Source of the DNA: Bacillus subtilis subsp. subtilis str. 168
GTDB lineage: Bacteria; Bacillota; Bacilli; Bacillales; Bacillaceae
Direction: 5' to 3'
Assembly: GCF_000009045.1 (NCBI RefSeq)
Contig: NC_000964.3
Span: 3,420,001-3,452,000 of the forward strand
DNA: 32,000 nt
Shown here one piece after another: positions 8,331 through 18,791 of this stretch. The notes beneath the pieces were generated by a model that saw only the letters and a list, made by a program, of their open reading frames with translations, searched no databases and was not told the origin of the DNA. The position numbers were made by a program, and so were the translations under genes. Every line of letters starts with the position of its first letter. The stretch's first letter is position 1.

Positions 8331-10343
8331 TTATTCGCCGCCTTCAAGCATGGCGGCTTCGACATCATTAATGTATTGGCGAAGCTCATGGGAGATGTCC
8401 CGGGAAATTTCCCTCTCTTCGAAGAGCGTTTGAATTTCATTTCTGATCGCCTGCACAGCCTTCAGCTTCACTTCCAGCTTCTGATTTTCAAAATGGGCAC
8501 TTGATTTTAACTCATGATGGCTGTGCTCCAGCCTGAAAATTAACTGCTTATAGAATGTAATGACAGATAAAAACACTTCTTTATGCTCATCCGTCTTATG
8601 TTTTTCCAGATATTCTATCGCTGCTTTTGCCGTTTTCACTCTTGTTGCCCGTATCAATCCCGCTTCATTTAAAATCGACATCTCCGGCTTTTTATGTTCA
8701 CCGAAGAAAATCCAATACATCAGCCTCTTGAGCCTTGTTTTTGATAACCCGACTTTAAACGGGTTGGCATACAAAATTTCCAACTCGTTAAATCGTTCTT
8801 GCAGCACATTTGCTGTTTCTTCCGGGATGTCTCCCCGCTCCAGCATTTTCATCAGCGCCTCTTGCTCAGCCTTAACCCCCTGCGCACGGACTTTTCGCTC
8901 GTGCTTCTTAATGCGATTAGATGATGTATACTGCTGAAAACGAAGATTTTTCATTTTCTCATTGTATTCAGCTATCACCGCAAGAGAGGCCGTTTTGTTT
9001 GTCTCATTCATGTCCTCTTTAATCGTTTGAAGGGCTGTTTTGATCAACTTGCGTCTCGCCGTCAGCAGCTTCTTATTTCGTTCCTCGTCCTCTTCTTCTT
9101 TTTCAGTCAGAATTGGCAGCACAACGGTGGCAATGACAAGCGTGCATAAAATGACGCCGGCTGCTAAAAAGAGAATCAGATTTCTTTCCGGAAACGGCGT
9201 ACCGTCCTCCAGGAAATACGGAATGGAAAAAGAACCTGCAAGCGTTACTGCTCCACGCACACCGGAAATCGAAATTAACAGCGTCGAACGAAGACCCGGT
9301 TTATAGATGTTCTGATCTTTATTAAAGAACCATTTGCCGTTCCAGAAGAACAGCACCCACAGGAATCTAAGGAGCATTAATGTAAATGTGATGACTAGGA
9401 TATAGCCGATCACCTTCATGTTGCTGATGGCAGTGTCGTTAAAGATAACAGAAATAACATCAGGGATTTGCGTGCCGAGAATAACGAAGACCAGGCCGTT
9501 CAAAATAAATAAAATAATGTTCCACGTACTTGAGGAGACGATTTGCAGCTTGATCATCGTTGATTCCAGACGATCCTGTTCAACCGCATGGGTAATACCG
9601 CCAGCTACAACAGCTAAAATGCCCGAAACGCCGATTTCTTCAGCTGCCAAATAAATCACAAACGGCGTCAGAATTTGAATCAGCATATGCATCGTGACAT
9701 CCTGCATGCCAAGGCGGCGCAGAAATAGGCGAAAACGAATAATCAAAAATGAAATGACAACCCCGCACAGCAAGCCTCCGAGAGAAATAAAGACAAAGCT
9801 GACAGCCGCTTGTGCTAATGAAAATGCACCAGTCACTGCCGCTGCAATCGCAAACTTAAAGGCCACCAGACCTGATGCATCATTCATCAGCCCCTCACCT
9901 TCCAGCAGGCGAAGAATCCCTTTTGGCATTTTCACTCTTCCTGATAATGCGCTGACAGCGACGACATCAGTCGGTGAAAGAATGGCCGCAAGTCCAAAGG
10001 CCGCTGCCAGCGGAATAGCAGGAATCATCCAGTGAATCGTGTAGCCGCCTACAATCACAGTCGCAAATACAAGGCCGAGTGCAAGCAATAAAATCGGAGC
10101 CCTTAAATTCCAAAGCTCTGCCCGCGGTGTCCTCTTTCCATCATTAAATAGCAGAGGCGCGATAAAAAGAACAAAAAACAATTCGGTGTTTAATTCAAAA
10201 TGAAGTCCCTGTGGAAATGAGGCGGCAAGAATCCCAAGAGCCACTTGAATCAGCGGCACCGGAATAAACGGAATAAACCGGTTCACGATATTAGAAATCG
10301 CAATAATCGTTAATAATACGAGCACAACTAAAAATATGTCCAA
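8331..10343 (-). CDS. nhaK: CPA1-family Na+/H+ (K+, Li+, Rb+) antiporter with a long charged C-terminal cytoplasmic domain
   Basis: The track ORF (700 aa) extends upstream without an SD. GGAGG at 10356-10352 is 8 nt from TTG 10343 (670 aa), while ATG 10349 is only 2 nt from the SD. The protein has 10-12 TM helices with NhaP/NHE-like motifs ([16 protein letters not shown]). Confidence 0.88.
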   Translation of the reverse strand: MDIFLVVLVLLTIIAISNIVNRFIPFIPVPLIQVALGILAASFPQGLHFELNTELFFVLFIAPLLFNDGKRTPRAELWNLRAPILLLALGLVFATVIVGGYTIHWMIPAIPLAAAFGLAAILSPTDVVAVSALSGRVKMPKGILRLLEGEGLMNDASGLVAFKFAIAAAVTGAFSLAQAAVSFVFISLGGLLCGVVISFLIIRFRLFLRRLGMQDVTMHMLIQILTPFVIYLAAEEIGVSGILAVVAGGITHAVEQDRLESTMIKLQIVSSSTWNIILFILNGLVFVILGTQIPDVISVIFNDTAISNMKVIGYILVITFTLMLLRFLWVLFFWNGKWFFNKDQNIYKPGLRSTLLISISGVRGAVTLAGSFSIPYFLEDGTPFPERNLILFLAAGVILCTLVIATVVLPILTEKEEEDEERNKKLLTARRKLIKTALQTIKEDMNETNKTASLAVIAEYNEKMKNLRFQQYTSSNRIKKHERKVRAQGVKAEQEALMKMLERGDIPEETANVLQERFNELEILYANPFKVGLSKTRLKRLMYWIFFGEHKKPEMSILNEAGLIRATRVKTAKAAIEYLEKHKTDEHKEVFLSVITFYKQLIFRLEHSHHELKSSAHFENQKLEVKLKAVQAIRNEIQTLFEEREISRDISHELRQYINDVEAAMLEGGE

Positions 10344-10552
10344 ATGCATGACCTCCTTCGTCTGTTGTGTGTCGGCATGATGAGCCAAAAAATCTGTTTG
10401 TCTAAAAGCCCTTGAGCTAGGGTGGCCTTGCATCCGCTATGTGGTTTCGCAGGAGTTCTCTCCACACTTGTCTTCTTTTATAGTACCCTTTTTAGGGTAT
10501 TTTTTCTCATGATATGCTCACAGTGAACTTTTTTGCAGAAGAGCAAATTATA

Positions 10553-10586
10553 GAAAAAAGAGACAGGAAGCTACTCCCTGTCTCTC
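10553..10586 (-). terminator. Rho-independent terminator of cysJI
   Basis: Minus strand shows AGAGACAGG-GAGTAGCTT-CCTGTCTCT followed by TTTTTCT, 12 nt after the cysI stop. Confidence 0.85.
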
Positions 10587-10597
10587 GTCTTTCTTTC

Positions 10598-12313
10598 TCA
10601 ATCATGAAAATTCGTACCGTCAGTTGTTGCTTTAATAATGCCCGCGCGAATGACAAAGTCACCGAAATGCTCGCCTTCCTCGCGTTCTTTCGCATAGCGG
10701 GAAAGAAGGATGCGCAGCTCGCTTAAAATGTCTGCTTCACCGATGTTTTCACGGTACATTTTGCTTAAACGGCTTCCGTCAAACGCAGCGCCAAGATACA
10801 TATTATATTTGCCCGGCGCCTTTCCGATAAATCCGATCTCACCGAGTGCATGACGTGCACAGCCGTTCGGGCATCCTGTCATGCGAATGGTGATTTCCTG
10901 ATCACGAAGGCCGTTTTCGTCAATAATCTCTTCAATCTTATCTAACAGGGTCGGCAAATAACGTTCTGCTTCAGCCATTGCCAATCCGCAGGTCGGAAGA
11001 GCGACGCACGCCATCGAGCTGCGGCGAAGCGCTGAATAGTGCTTGCCGTCAGTTAGTCCGTACTGTTCAATTAAAGCACTGATTTCTTCTTTTTTATCGC
11101 TTGAAACGTTCGCAATCATTAAGTTCTGATTGGCTGTCAGCCGGAACTCACCTGTATGAACTTTGGCGATTTCCCGCAAGCCAGTCATCAGCTTATAATC
11201 ATCGTAATCCGTTATACGGCCGCCTTCGACAAACAGCGTGAAATGCCATTTATCCTCGATGCCTTCCACCCAGCCATAGCGGTCGCCGTTATGATCGAAA
11301 TGATACGGCTTCGCTTCTTCCAGGCTCCAGCCGAGACGGTTTTCCAATTCTTCTTTTACGTTTTCTAAACCGAGGCGGTCAACTGTGTATTTGAACCGCG
11401 CATTTTTACGGACAGAACGGTTGCCGTAATCACGCTGAATCGTAATCGTTTTTTCAGCAACGTCATACATTTGCTCAGGCCGGCAGAAACCGATCACCTT
11501 GGCTAATTGCGGATATGTCGCAGTATCGCCATGCGTCATTCCCATACCGCCGCCGATTGCCACGTTAAAACCGATCAGCTTGCCATCCTCGACAATCGCA
11601 ATGAATCCGAGATCTTGTGAAAAGACGTCAATATCATTAGACGGCGGAACGGCAATACCGATTTTAAACTTCCGCGGCAGATAGAGCGGTCCGTACATTG
11701 GCTCGACTTCTTCCTCCGGCGTGCCGGCAACTCTTTCCTCATCAAGCCAAATTTCATGATATGCTCTCGTCCGCGGCAGCAGATCATCACTTAATTTTTT
11801 AGACCACTCGTATACCTCTGAGTGGATTTCAGATTGATAAGGGTTTGATGCACACATGACGTTACGGTTTACGTCTCCGCAGGCTGCGATCGTATCCAAA
11901 AGTGCTGAGTGGATCGTCTGAATGGTTTTCTTCATGTTCCATTTCAGAATTCCGTGCATTTGGAATGTTTCACGTGTCGTCAATTTTAATGTGCCGTTCC
12001 CGTATTTCTGGGACAGGTCATCCATGACAAGCCATTGTTCAGGCGTCGAGACGCCCCCTGGCATACGCACGCGCAGCATGAACTGATATGCGGGCTCAAG
12101 CTTCTGCTTTTGGCGTTCATTTCGGAGGTCGCGGTCATCCTGCAAATAACTGCCGTGGTGTTTCATCAGGCGGTTATCATCATCCGGAATTCCCGCACTG
12201 ATTCGATCGAGCATCACTTCTTTCAGCGTGCCGCGCAAATAATCACTTTCTTTTTTAATGCGTTCAACATCACTTGGAGAGCCGTCCGGTGCTTTTAGAA
12301 TTTTGGTCACCAT
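10598..12313 (-). CDS. cysI: Assimilatory sulfite reductase (NADPH) hemoprotein beta subunit
   Basis: 571 aa. It has nitrite/sulfite reductase 4Fe-4S/siroheme motifs ([21 protein letters not shown]), lies 25 nt downstream of cysJ and has its own SD (AAGGAG). Confidence 0.95.
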   Translation of the reverse strand: MVTKILKAPDGSPSDVERIKKESDYLRGTLKEVMLDRISAGIPDDDNRLMKHHGSYLQDDRDLRNERQKQKLEPAYQFMLRVRMPGGVSTPEQWLVMDDLSQKYGNGTLKLTTRETFQMHGILKWNMKKTIQTIHSALLDTIAACGDVNRNVMCASNPYQSEIHSEVYEWSKKLSDDLLPRTRAYHEIWLDEERVAGTPEEEVEPMYGPLYLPRKFKIGIAVPPSNDIDVFSQDLGFIAIVEDGKLIGFNVAIGGGMGMTHGDTATYPQLAKVIGFCRPEQMYDVAEKTITIQRDYGNRSVRKNARFKYTVDRLGLENVKEELENRLGWSLEEAKPYHFDHNGDRYGWVEGIEDKWHFTLFVEGGRITDYDDYKLMTGLREIAKVHTGEFRLTANQNLMIANVSSDKKEEISALIEQYGLTDGKHYSALRRSSMACVALPTCGLAMAEAERYLPTLLDKIEEIIDENGLRDQEITIRMTGCPNGCARHALGEIGFIGKAPGKYNMYLGAAFDGSRLSKMYRENIGEADILSELRILLSRYAKEREEGEHFGDFVIRAGIIKATTDGTNFHD

Positions 12314-12338
12314 GTTGAAAAACTCCTTTCAAGTCAAA

Positions 12339-14156
12339 TCAATATACATCACGCTGATAGCGTTTTTGCTGCTGCATATCGGCAAGATAAGCCTCCGCCT
12401 CTTCGCGGCTCATATTGCCTTCTTTTTCGATAATTTCAAGCAATGTGTTATGGACGTCATGCGCCATGTGCTTTTCATCTCCGCAAATGTAAACAGCCGC
12501 TCCTTCTTGAAGCCATTCAAACAATTCTGCGCTATGTTCAAGCATGCGGTGCTGCACATATACTTTTTCTTCCGTATCACGTGAGAACGCCACATCCATT
12601 TTTGTCAGCACACCGTCTTTGAGCCAATTCTGCCACTCTGTCTGGTAAAGGAAATCCGTGACAAAGTGCTGATCGCCAAAGAACATCCATGCCTTTCCTT
12701 CCGCTCCCGTCTCCTCACGCTCCTGCATAAACGAACGGAAAGGTGCGACGCCTGTCCCAGGGCCCACCATGATAATCGGTGTTTCAGGGTCTTTCGGAAG
12801 CTTAAAGTTTTGATTGTGCTGTACATAAACCGGCAGTGTGTCTCCCGGCTGCAGTCGTTCCGCGCACAAAATCGAGCAGACGCCTTTTCGTTCACGGCCG
12901 TGCGCATCGTAGCGGACTGCGCCGATTGTTAAGTGCACTTCATCCGGATTTGCGGATAAACTGCTTGCAATCGAATAAAGGCGGGCAGGCATTTTTCGCA
13001 AAATCGAGACAAACTCCTGCGCAGATACACTAAATGGGCCATAGTCACGGACGAGATCAAGCAAATCGCGCCCTTCAATATAGGCTTTTACATTCTCCTC
13101 ATTTCCCGGGGCTAAAAGCTCTCTAAGCTCATCGTTCCCTGTCAGCTGGGCTGCCTGTTCAAGAAGCGGTTTTGTGAGAACGGTAATCTCATAGTGAGAA
13201 ATCAGCGCTTCTTTCAGCGGTCGGACATCACCTTGCTTATTAAGCGTCACAATTTCTTCCGGGTCCCAATTCATTTCCTTAAGGAGCAGCTCGACAAGTT
13301 CCGGATCGTTTTCCGGATAGACGCCGAGGCTGTCACCAGGCTCGTAAGTCAGGCCAGATCCTTCAAGAGACAGCTCCACATGGCGTGTTTCTTTATTTGA
13401 TCCTCTGCCGTTTAAATTTAAATTTTCTAACACTTCAGCCCGAAACGGGTTTGTTCTGGAATACGAAGACTCACCGGTTTGTGACGCAGCCGCCGGCGCA
13501 GGCGCGGCGCTTCCGCCCCCAGCTTCATTTAATCCTTTCAATACACCCTCAAGCCATTCGGCTGCCGGTTCATCATAGTCAAGATCGCAATCAACGCGCG
13601 GAGAAATCCGTTTTCCGCCGAGTTCTTCTAAGCGTTGATCAAATTCTTTCCCTGTCTGGCAGAAAAATTCGTACGAACTGTCACCAAGCGCCAAAACGGA
13701 AAAGCGCAGGTCTTCAAGCTTAGGCGCCCGTCTTCCGTGCAGAAATTCATGAAACGACAGCGCGTTATCAGGCGGCTCGCCTTCTCCATGCGTACTGACG
13801 ACGATTAAAAGATTGGTTACCTTCTTCAGCTGATTCGGCTTAAAATCGCTCATGGATGAGACGGTCACTTGAAAACCGCTCTGTTCAAGCTGCTTGCCGG
13901 CATTTTCTGCAAGCCCCTGTGCGTTTCCCGTCTGTGAACCATAAAGAACGGTCACTTCTTTTGAAACGGCCGGTGCCGGTGCTTCCGCTGACACAGCTGC
14001 CGCCGGCGTACCCGCAGCTTCTTGGGCGGAAACAGATTGAGCGGATAAATATCCGCTCAGCCAGATTTTCTGGGATTCGGTCAAGGTCGGCAGAAGGCGG
14101 TTAAGGAGCTCTGCCTGCTCCTGATTAAACGGACTGTTCATTACCTGAAGTTGCAA
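12339..14156 (-). CDS. cysJ: Assimilatory sulfite reductase (NADPH) flavoprotein alpha subunit
   Basis: Flavodoxin-like FMN domain (VLYGSQTGNAQ) plus FAD/NADPH domain (RLYSIASS, GPGTGVAPFR). TTG 14156 lies downstream of GAGGTGGA and gives the remembered 605 aa; the track start is GTG 14165. Confidence 0.93.
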   Translation of the reverse strand: MQLQVMNSPFNQEQAELLNRLLPTLTESQKIWLSGYLSAQSVSAQEAAGTPAAAVSAEAPAPAVSKEVTVLYGSQTGNAQGLAENAGKQLEQSGFQVTVSSMSDFKPNQLKKVTNLLIVVSTHGEGEPPDNALSFHEFLHGRRAPKLEDLRFSVLALGDSSYEFFCQTGKEFDQRLEELGGKRISPRVDCDLDYDEPAAEWLEGVLKGLNEAGGGSAAPAPAAASQTGESSYSRTNPFRAEVLENLNLNGRGSNKETRHVELSLEGSGLTYEPGDSLGVYPENDPELVELLLKEMNWDPEEIVTLNKQGDVRPLKEALISHYEITVLTKPLLEQAAQLTGNDELRELLAPGNEENVKAYIEGRDLLDLVRDYGPFSVSAQEFVSILRKMPARLYSIASSLSANPDEVHLTIGAVRYDAHGRERKGVCSILCAERLQPGDTLPVYVQHNQNFKLPKDPETPIIMVGPGTGVAPFRSFMQEREETGAEGKAWMFFGDQHFVTDFLYQTEWQNWLKDGVLTKMDVAFSRDTEEKVYVQHRMLEHSAELFEWLQEGAAVYICGDEKHMAHDVHNTLLEIIEKEGNMSREEAEAYLADMQQQKRYQRDVY

Positions 14157-14257
14157 CGTATCCACCTCACAAAGTTATAAACTGATCGAAAATTGCATCT
14201 AATTGAACTTTACCGGAATACTAGGCTTAAGTAAAATATATTTACATGATGATAACT

Positions 14258-14272
14258 ATTAAGAATCCTAAT
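14258..14272. promoter_or_regulatory. LysR-type T-N11-A palindrome upstream of cysJI (candidate CysL site)
   Basis: ATTAAGAATCCTAAT is 12/15 self-complementary and contains T-N11-A. It is flanked by direct ATGATAA repeats at 14249-14255 and 14271-14277. It is centred about 33 bp upstream of a TTTACT-N17-TAAAGT promoter-like element. CysL (a LysR family member) is the known cysJI activator. Confidence 0.4.
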
Positions 14273-14300
14273 GATAAAACGGCTATGCTTCATGTAAATA

Positions 14301-14327
14301 GAAAAAAGAGAAGGACTCCCTTCTCTT
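14301..14327 (-). terminator. Rho-independent terminator of helD
   Basis: Minus strand shows AAGAGAAGG-GAGT-CCTTCTCTT followed by TTTTC. The hairpin begins at the helD stop codon. Confidence 0.85.
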
Positions 14328-16651
14328 CATTCAGCAATCTGATATAAGTGAGGCGGCACAGCGGTTACAAACGGACTGGCTTCACCTGTATAAAATACCG
14401 CCAGCATGTGCATCGCACGGGTGCACGCAGTATATAAAAGCCTGCGGTCGTGCTCTGTATGATAGTGTTCTTCAGATGCATCATAGACAAGCACTGCGTC
14501 AAATTCAATTCCCTTCGCTAAATACACCGGAATCACGCAAACACCCTTTTGAAATGGTTGATTTTCTTTATGAATCAGGCGAACATCTGTATATTCACTC
14601 ATGTGGGCGTGCGCCTGTATGCATTGATGCGCAGTCTTGCAGATGACGGCTATTGTTTCGTGCCCTTTTTTCTTGAGCCGGCCAATTTCTTGCGCGAGCT
14701 TTTGGCAAAGGCTCTCATGTCCTTCAGTTTTGACAACGAGCGGCATTTCCCCGCTTCTATTAAACGGCTCAATATCCGCTCCATCTTGAAGCATCGCTTT
14801 GGTAAACTCGACAATCTGCCTTGTTGATCTGTATGTTCTCTTTAAACGAACATACTCAGCAGGCTCATCCTCAAAGCACGCATCCATACGCTGATCCCCG
14901 TTTATGGTATGCGCGTAGATGGACTGATTGATATCACCGAGCACTGTCATGCTGGCAGCCGGAAAAATGCTTCTCATGTAAGCCATCTGAAACGGTGAAT
15001 AGTCCTGGGCTTCGTCAATAAATAGATGTTTGATTTTCGTATTTTTCTTTCTGCCCTCAATCAGATCCTGCATATAAAGAAACGGTGCCGCGTCCTCATA
15101 GAGCAATTTATTATCCGTAAATGCCGAACGGGTCAGCTCACCTATCGCATCCATCTTCTCATGTTGAAATTTTCCTCCCCAGCCAGAAAACAATTGCAAA
15201 TAAAGTTGTGTAACATCAAGAAATGCAAGGAGCCTGACTGCCTGTTTGAGCGGTTTGAAAGCTTTTTTCACAATGATGGCGGCAAGCAGCTGCTGCTCTC
15301 TTTGATAATCGTTAAACGTACTCTCGCTGAACCGTTTCCTTTCCTGCAGTTTTTTGTACACGTCCAAGTAGTCCTCTTTGTCAAGCAGCTCAGCTTCATG
15401 AACAACCCAATCCTTTCGCCGTTCCTTTTTCTCAAGCTTGTTAAGCTCACTCAGCAGCCACTTCGCGGTTTGCTCCATCCGATTCGGAATGGAGTGATTT
15501 TGATCCAATGAGTAAAAATAGGATTGAATTTGCTCCTTTGTGATCAGCTTTTGTCCGCGGAATATAATATTTTTAAAAATCATCCCTTCAGAGGAAAGCC
15601 GTGTGACGTATTCATTAATGAATTGCTGAAAGGATAAACCCGCCTTCCATGTGATTCCTGCAAGCCTTGTTGGAAAATCGCCTCCCTTTGTTTCGGTCAG
15701 GCAATATTCGAGCTGATCAAAGGGGCTTTCACATTTGAACTTGCGGCCAAGACGATGCTCGATATATTCCTGAAACGTCGCCTGCTCCATATTCTCTTCT
15801 CCTAACTCCGGCAAAACAGAGGAGACATAGCTGTTAAATAAGAAGTTGGGTGAAAACAAAACGATTTGTCCGGCATCAATGACACCGCGGTGCCTGTATA
15901 ACAAATAAGCGACACGCTGAAGCGCAGCCGATGTTTTCCCGCTGCCAGCCGCTCCCTGCACGATCAGGATCTTGCTTTTTTCATTACGGATAATCTGATT
16001 TTGTTCTTTCTGAATCGTAGACACGATGTTTTTCATTTGGGTATCAGAGTGATGGCTTAATACCTCTTGCAGCATTTCATCGCCAATCGTCATATCGGTA
16101 TTAAACATCGCCTTGAGAGTGCCGTTTTTGATCATAAACTGGCGTTTCAGCACCATTTCCCCTTCTATCGTTTCACCGGGCACCTCGTACTCCGCTTTTC
16201 CTGGGGAATAATTGTAGTACAAACTTGATATCGGCGCCCTCCAGTCATAGATCAGAAAGTGTTCCTCCTTCTCATCCAAACAGGAAGCTAAACCGATATA
16301 AATTCGCTCTGCCTGCTCCTCGCCGTTTTCAATAAAATCAATCCGGCCGAAATAAGGCGATTTTTTCAATTGATGAATTCGTTTGAGCTGCTGATCCATG
16401 CGCCGATGATTGTGTTCCCGATCAGACAGCAGCTCTGCCTGCTGCTTAATGCTAGCCATCGTTTCAATCGCTTCATGGGCATCATCAAAATTAACCTTAA
16501 CATCCTCCCAAAAGCTTTTTCTTAATCCGATGATATCATGCTTCAACCCGCCCGCAGACGTTTCCAGAAACCGCTCTTTTTTTTCGAGCTCCTTCAGCAC
16601 CTCATCTATTCTCGACTGCTCTTCCTTCCATTCCTTATCCTGCTGATTCAT
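14327..16651 (-). CDS. helD: UvrD/Rep-like helicase IV; RNA-polymerase-associated recycling factor HelD
   Basis: ATG 16651 lies 7 nt after GGAGGTG and gives 774 aa beginning MNQQDKEW; the track's 22-codon N-terminal extension lacks an SD. Walker [10 protein letters not shown] is present, along with an N-terminal coiled-coil arm and superfamily-1 helicase motifs. Confidence 0.92.
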
Positions 16652-16810
16652 GAACGGCACCTCCAGAAAATAGTTGACAAACATAGATGAAATACTGTAA
16701 AATATAATTGGATACATATATTAAATATATGATGCAAACTGGCAAATACAATTTATAATAGCACATTCACCCAATACCAATCAAGGTTTGGGTTATTTAT
16801 ATTATGCAGA

Positions 16811-16845
16811 AAAAAACCGATTTCACTTCGAAATCGGTTTTTTTG
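16811..16845. terminator. Terminator downstream of yvgT (symmetrical A/T flanks)
   Basis: AAAAAA-CCGATTTC-ACTTC-GAAATCGG-TTTTTTT sits 4 nt from the yvgT stop. Confidence 0.85.
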
Positions 16846-16848
16846 CTA

Positions 16849-17457
16849 TTAATTATCTAAGCGAAAAGAACGGTTTGGCAGCTTCCAATTAAACATATAG
16901 GAACAAACCCGGCAAACAACGAGCACGAAAAACAGAACGTATAAGCCGAACGAGTTCCCCAGCCAGCCCAAGCCGACGATTAAACCGCCGAGCGCCGCCC
17001 ATACCGCATAGATTTCCGCTTTCAGCACAAGCGGTTTGCGCCCGGCAAGAAGGTCGCGGATGATCCCGCCCCCGCTTCCCGTCAGCACCGCAGCCACGAT
17101 CACGGCACTAAGCGGATGGCCCATTTTGACGGCATACAGTGCGCCTTGGATAGCAAAGGCAGCGAGGCCGATCGCATCTGATAAATTGCCCCACTTATTC
17201 CAATGCTTCAGCAGCAGCTTCGGAAACAGAAACACAATTGTAATAGATAAAAGCGCGATTTGAAAGTACGCTCCCTGCTCCCATAGCGCTGACACCGGAA
17301 CACCGATCAGCAAATTGCGGATCGCTCCTCCTCCAAAAGCTGTGACAATCCCTAATATATAAACTCCTAAAATATCATATTCCTCTTCCATCGCAACAAT
17401 TGCGCCGCTGACTGCAAACGCAATGATGCCAATCACACTAAGCAGCTCCCAAGCCAT
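16849..17457 (-). CDS. yvgT: UPF0126 / glycine-transporter-domain (TRIC-like) membrane protein
   Basis: 202 aa with seven hydrophobic helices and an internal duplication. The two conserved G-rich helices (GGGAIRNLL and GGGIIRDLL) are typical of the UPF0126 repeat. AAGGGAG SD lies 8 nt before the ATG. Confidence 0.85.
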   Translation of the reverse strand: MAWELLSVIGIIAFAVSGAIVAMEEEYDILGVYILGIVTAFGGGAIRNLLIGVPVSALWEQGAYFQIALLSITIVFLFPKLLLKHWNKWGNLSDAIGLAAFAIQGALYAVKMGHPLSAVIVAAVLTGSGGGIIRDLLAGRKPLVLKAEIYAVWAALGGLIVGLGWLGNSFGLYVLFFVLVVCRVCSYMFNWKLPNRSFRLDN

Positions 17458-17504
17458 TCTGATGACTCCCTTTTATGTTTGTTAAATTTTCTGACGACCT
17501 CTAG

Positions 17505-17533
17505 ATTTTATAATCGCTCCAGCGTAAAATCAA
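17505..17533 (-). promoter_or_regulatory. Candidate sigma-A promoter of yvgT
   Basis: Minus strand shows TTGATT-N17-TAAAAT, about 45 nt upstream of the yvgT ATG. Confidence 0.5.
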
Positions 17534-17607
17534 TAACATTTTCATGAGAAAAAAAGATAAATTTAGAGGGAATACGGCTATTGCTGATGGACATGAGTTT
17601 GCGAAAT

Positions 17608-17643
17608 TAAAAAAGCGCCCGGCATACGCGGGCGCTTTTTTTG
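17608..17643. terminator. Terminator downstream of bdbC
   Basis: AAAAAA-GCGCCCG-GCATAC-GCGGGCGC-TTTTTTT: a GC-rich 7-8 bp stem immediately after the bdbC stop. Confidence 0.9.
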
Positions 17644-18060
17644 TTATTCAGATTTTTCGCCTTTCAGCAGGCACATAAAAATGATAATCAGGATAAAAGC
17701 AATCAGGGCCAGGAATGGAATCGTAATAAAACCAAACCAGTTAATATATTGGCCCGAGCACGGCACGCCGCTGACACATGGCTTAATGCCGCTAAAGCCG
17801 GGCACTTTTTGCTCTAAGTAATGCATGATCGAAATGAATGCCCCAATAATCGCCATCGGGAGCACATATTTTTTCACTCGTGTGTCCCCTTGAAAGGTGG
17901 CGATGCCTAAAATCAGGACGAGCGGATACATGAGGATACGCTGGTACCAGCACAGTTCACATGGAATAAACTTTCTGATTTCACTGAAATACAGGCTGCC
18001 CAGCATAGCGATAAGAGCCACAACCCAGGAAGCATATAAAAATACGATTCTATTTTTCAT
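17644..18060 (-). CDS. bdbC: DsbB-like membrane thiol-disulfide oxidoreductase
   Basis: 138 aa with four TM helices and the DsbB-type cysteine pairs (PCELC and CVSGVPC). The start is 4 nt after the bdbD stop, with its SD inside bdbD. Confidence 0.92.
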   Translation of the reverse strand: MKNRIVFLYASWVVALIAMLGSLYFSEIRKFIPCELCWYQRILMYPLVLILGIATFQGDTRVKKYVLPMAIIGAFISIMHYLEQKVPGFSGIKPCVSGVPCSGQYINWFGFITIPFLALIAFILIIIFMCLLKGEKSE

Positions 18061-18064
18061 ATTG

Positions 18065-18733
18065 TTACTTCCCTTTCAGCTCTTTTTCTATTGTCTCTTT
18101 GATTTCATCATAATCCGCAAAATTTTTGATCACTTTATCATTGACGTAAATCGTCGGTGTTGCCTGTATGTTCATTTTTTGATTAAGGTCAGAATCCTTT
18201 TCCACTTGAGAAGCGAATGTTTCCTTATCAAGATTTTCCTTGAGCGTCTCAGGTTTTATCTTTGTGGTGCTTTTTGCAAGATCACCAAGGAGGCCTGGGG
18301 TTACCCATTCCTGTTCCGTATCCGGCTGTTTTTCGAACAGCTTTTCATGGAAATCCCAGAAAGAGTCAGGGTCTTCCTTCCATACTTCTTCAGATGCAAG
18401 AGCCGCTAACCTTGAACCTTTTCCATGGAACATGACGTTCACGAAAGAAAATTTCACATCGCCCTTATCAATAAAGTCTTTTTGTATTTTTGGAAAGATG
18501 TCACTGTTAAACACCTTGCAAGACGGACATTTGTAATCTCCGAATTCTACTACAGTTACCGGTGCATCGTCCTTGCCAAGCACAGGCTGCCCTTTGATAG
18601 ACGGCTGTCCGGACACCGCATCATTGCCTTGTTCCGTTTTGTTATTAATGATGACAATGGCTGCTAGCAATACAACAACCACAACCGTAAGGATGACCGC
18701 GAATTTCGCAGAAGACTGCTGTTTCTTTTTCAC
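18065..18733 (-). CDS. bdbD: Membrane-anchored DsbA-like thiol-disulfide oxidoreductase
   Basis: GTG start lies after GAGGTG. It has an N-terminal membrane anchor and a thioredoxin-fold CPSC active site (DYKCPSCK). 222 aa. Confidence 0.92.
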   Translation of the reverse strand: MKKKQQSSAKFAVILTVVVVVLLAAIVIINNKTEQGNDAVSGQPSIKGQPVLGKDDAPVTVVEFGDYKCPSCKVFNSDIFPKIQKDFIDKGDVKFSFVNVMFHGKGSRLAALASEEVWKEDPDSFWDFHEKLFEKQPDTEQEWVTPGLLGDLAKSTTKIKPETLKENLDKETFASQVEKDSDLNQKMNIQATPTIYVNDKVIKNFADYDEIKETIEKELKGK

Positions 18734-18756
18734 TCCGACACCTCATCGTTTTAAAA

Positions 18757-18791
18757 TTAAAAAAGAAGCGGATCGCAATTGACCCACTTCT
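18757..18791 (-). terminator. Rho-independent terminator downstream of cadA
   Basis: Minus strand shows AGAAGUGG-12 nt loop-CCGCUUCU (one G-U pair) followed by TTTTTTAATTTT. It ends only about 11 nt upstream of the bdbD SD. Confidence 0.7.

Noticed and set aside
8560-10035. Series of 78-125-aa plus-strand ORFs inside nhaK
   Set aside because: They are antisense shadow ORFs with Ser/Arg-rich low-complexity translations, no SD motifs and no independent terminators.
10344-10433. Upstream in-frame extension of nhaK ([10 protein letters not shown]...)
   Set aside because: No SD is present. The peptide is hydrophilic and unlike a CPA1 N-terminus. The strong GGAGG is positioned for the downstream TTG/ATG.
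10344-10552. Idea that the nhaK upstream region is a known Na+ or Li+ riboswitch
   Set aside because: I cannot recognise any conserved core of the published cation riboswitch classes by eye, and the visible stems are short. It is kept only as an unexplained-leader finding, not as a riboswitch call.
12035-14104. Multiple 60-112-aa ORFs antisense to or overlapping cysI/cysJ
   Set aside because: The same shadow-ORF pattern applies. cysJ and cysI carry unmistakable cofactor-binding motifs on the minus strand.
16652-16717. 22-codon upstream extension of helD
   Set aside because: GGAGGTG sits at the correct distance from the internal ATG 16651. The extension would start in the AT-rich promoter region without an SD.
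17545-17650. Small plus-strand ORF (MRKKDKFRGNTAIADGHEFAKLKK...) in the yvgT-bdbC gap
   Set aside because: It has no SD, runs through the bdbC terminator hairpin and overlaps the yvgT promoter on the other strand.
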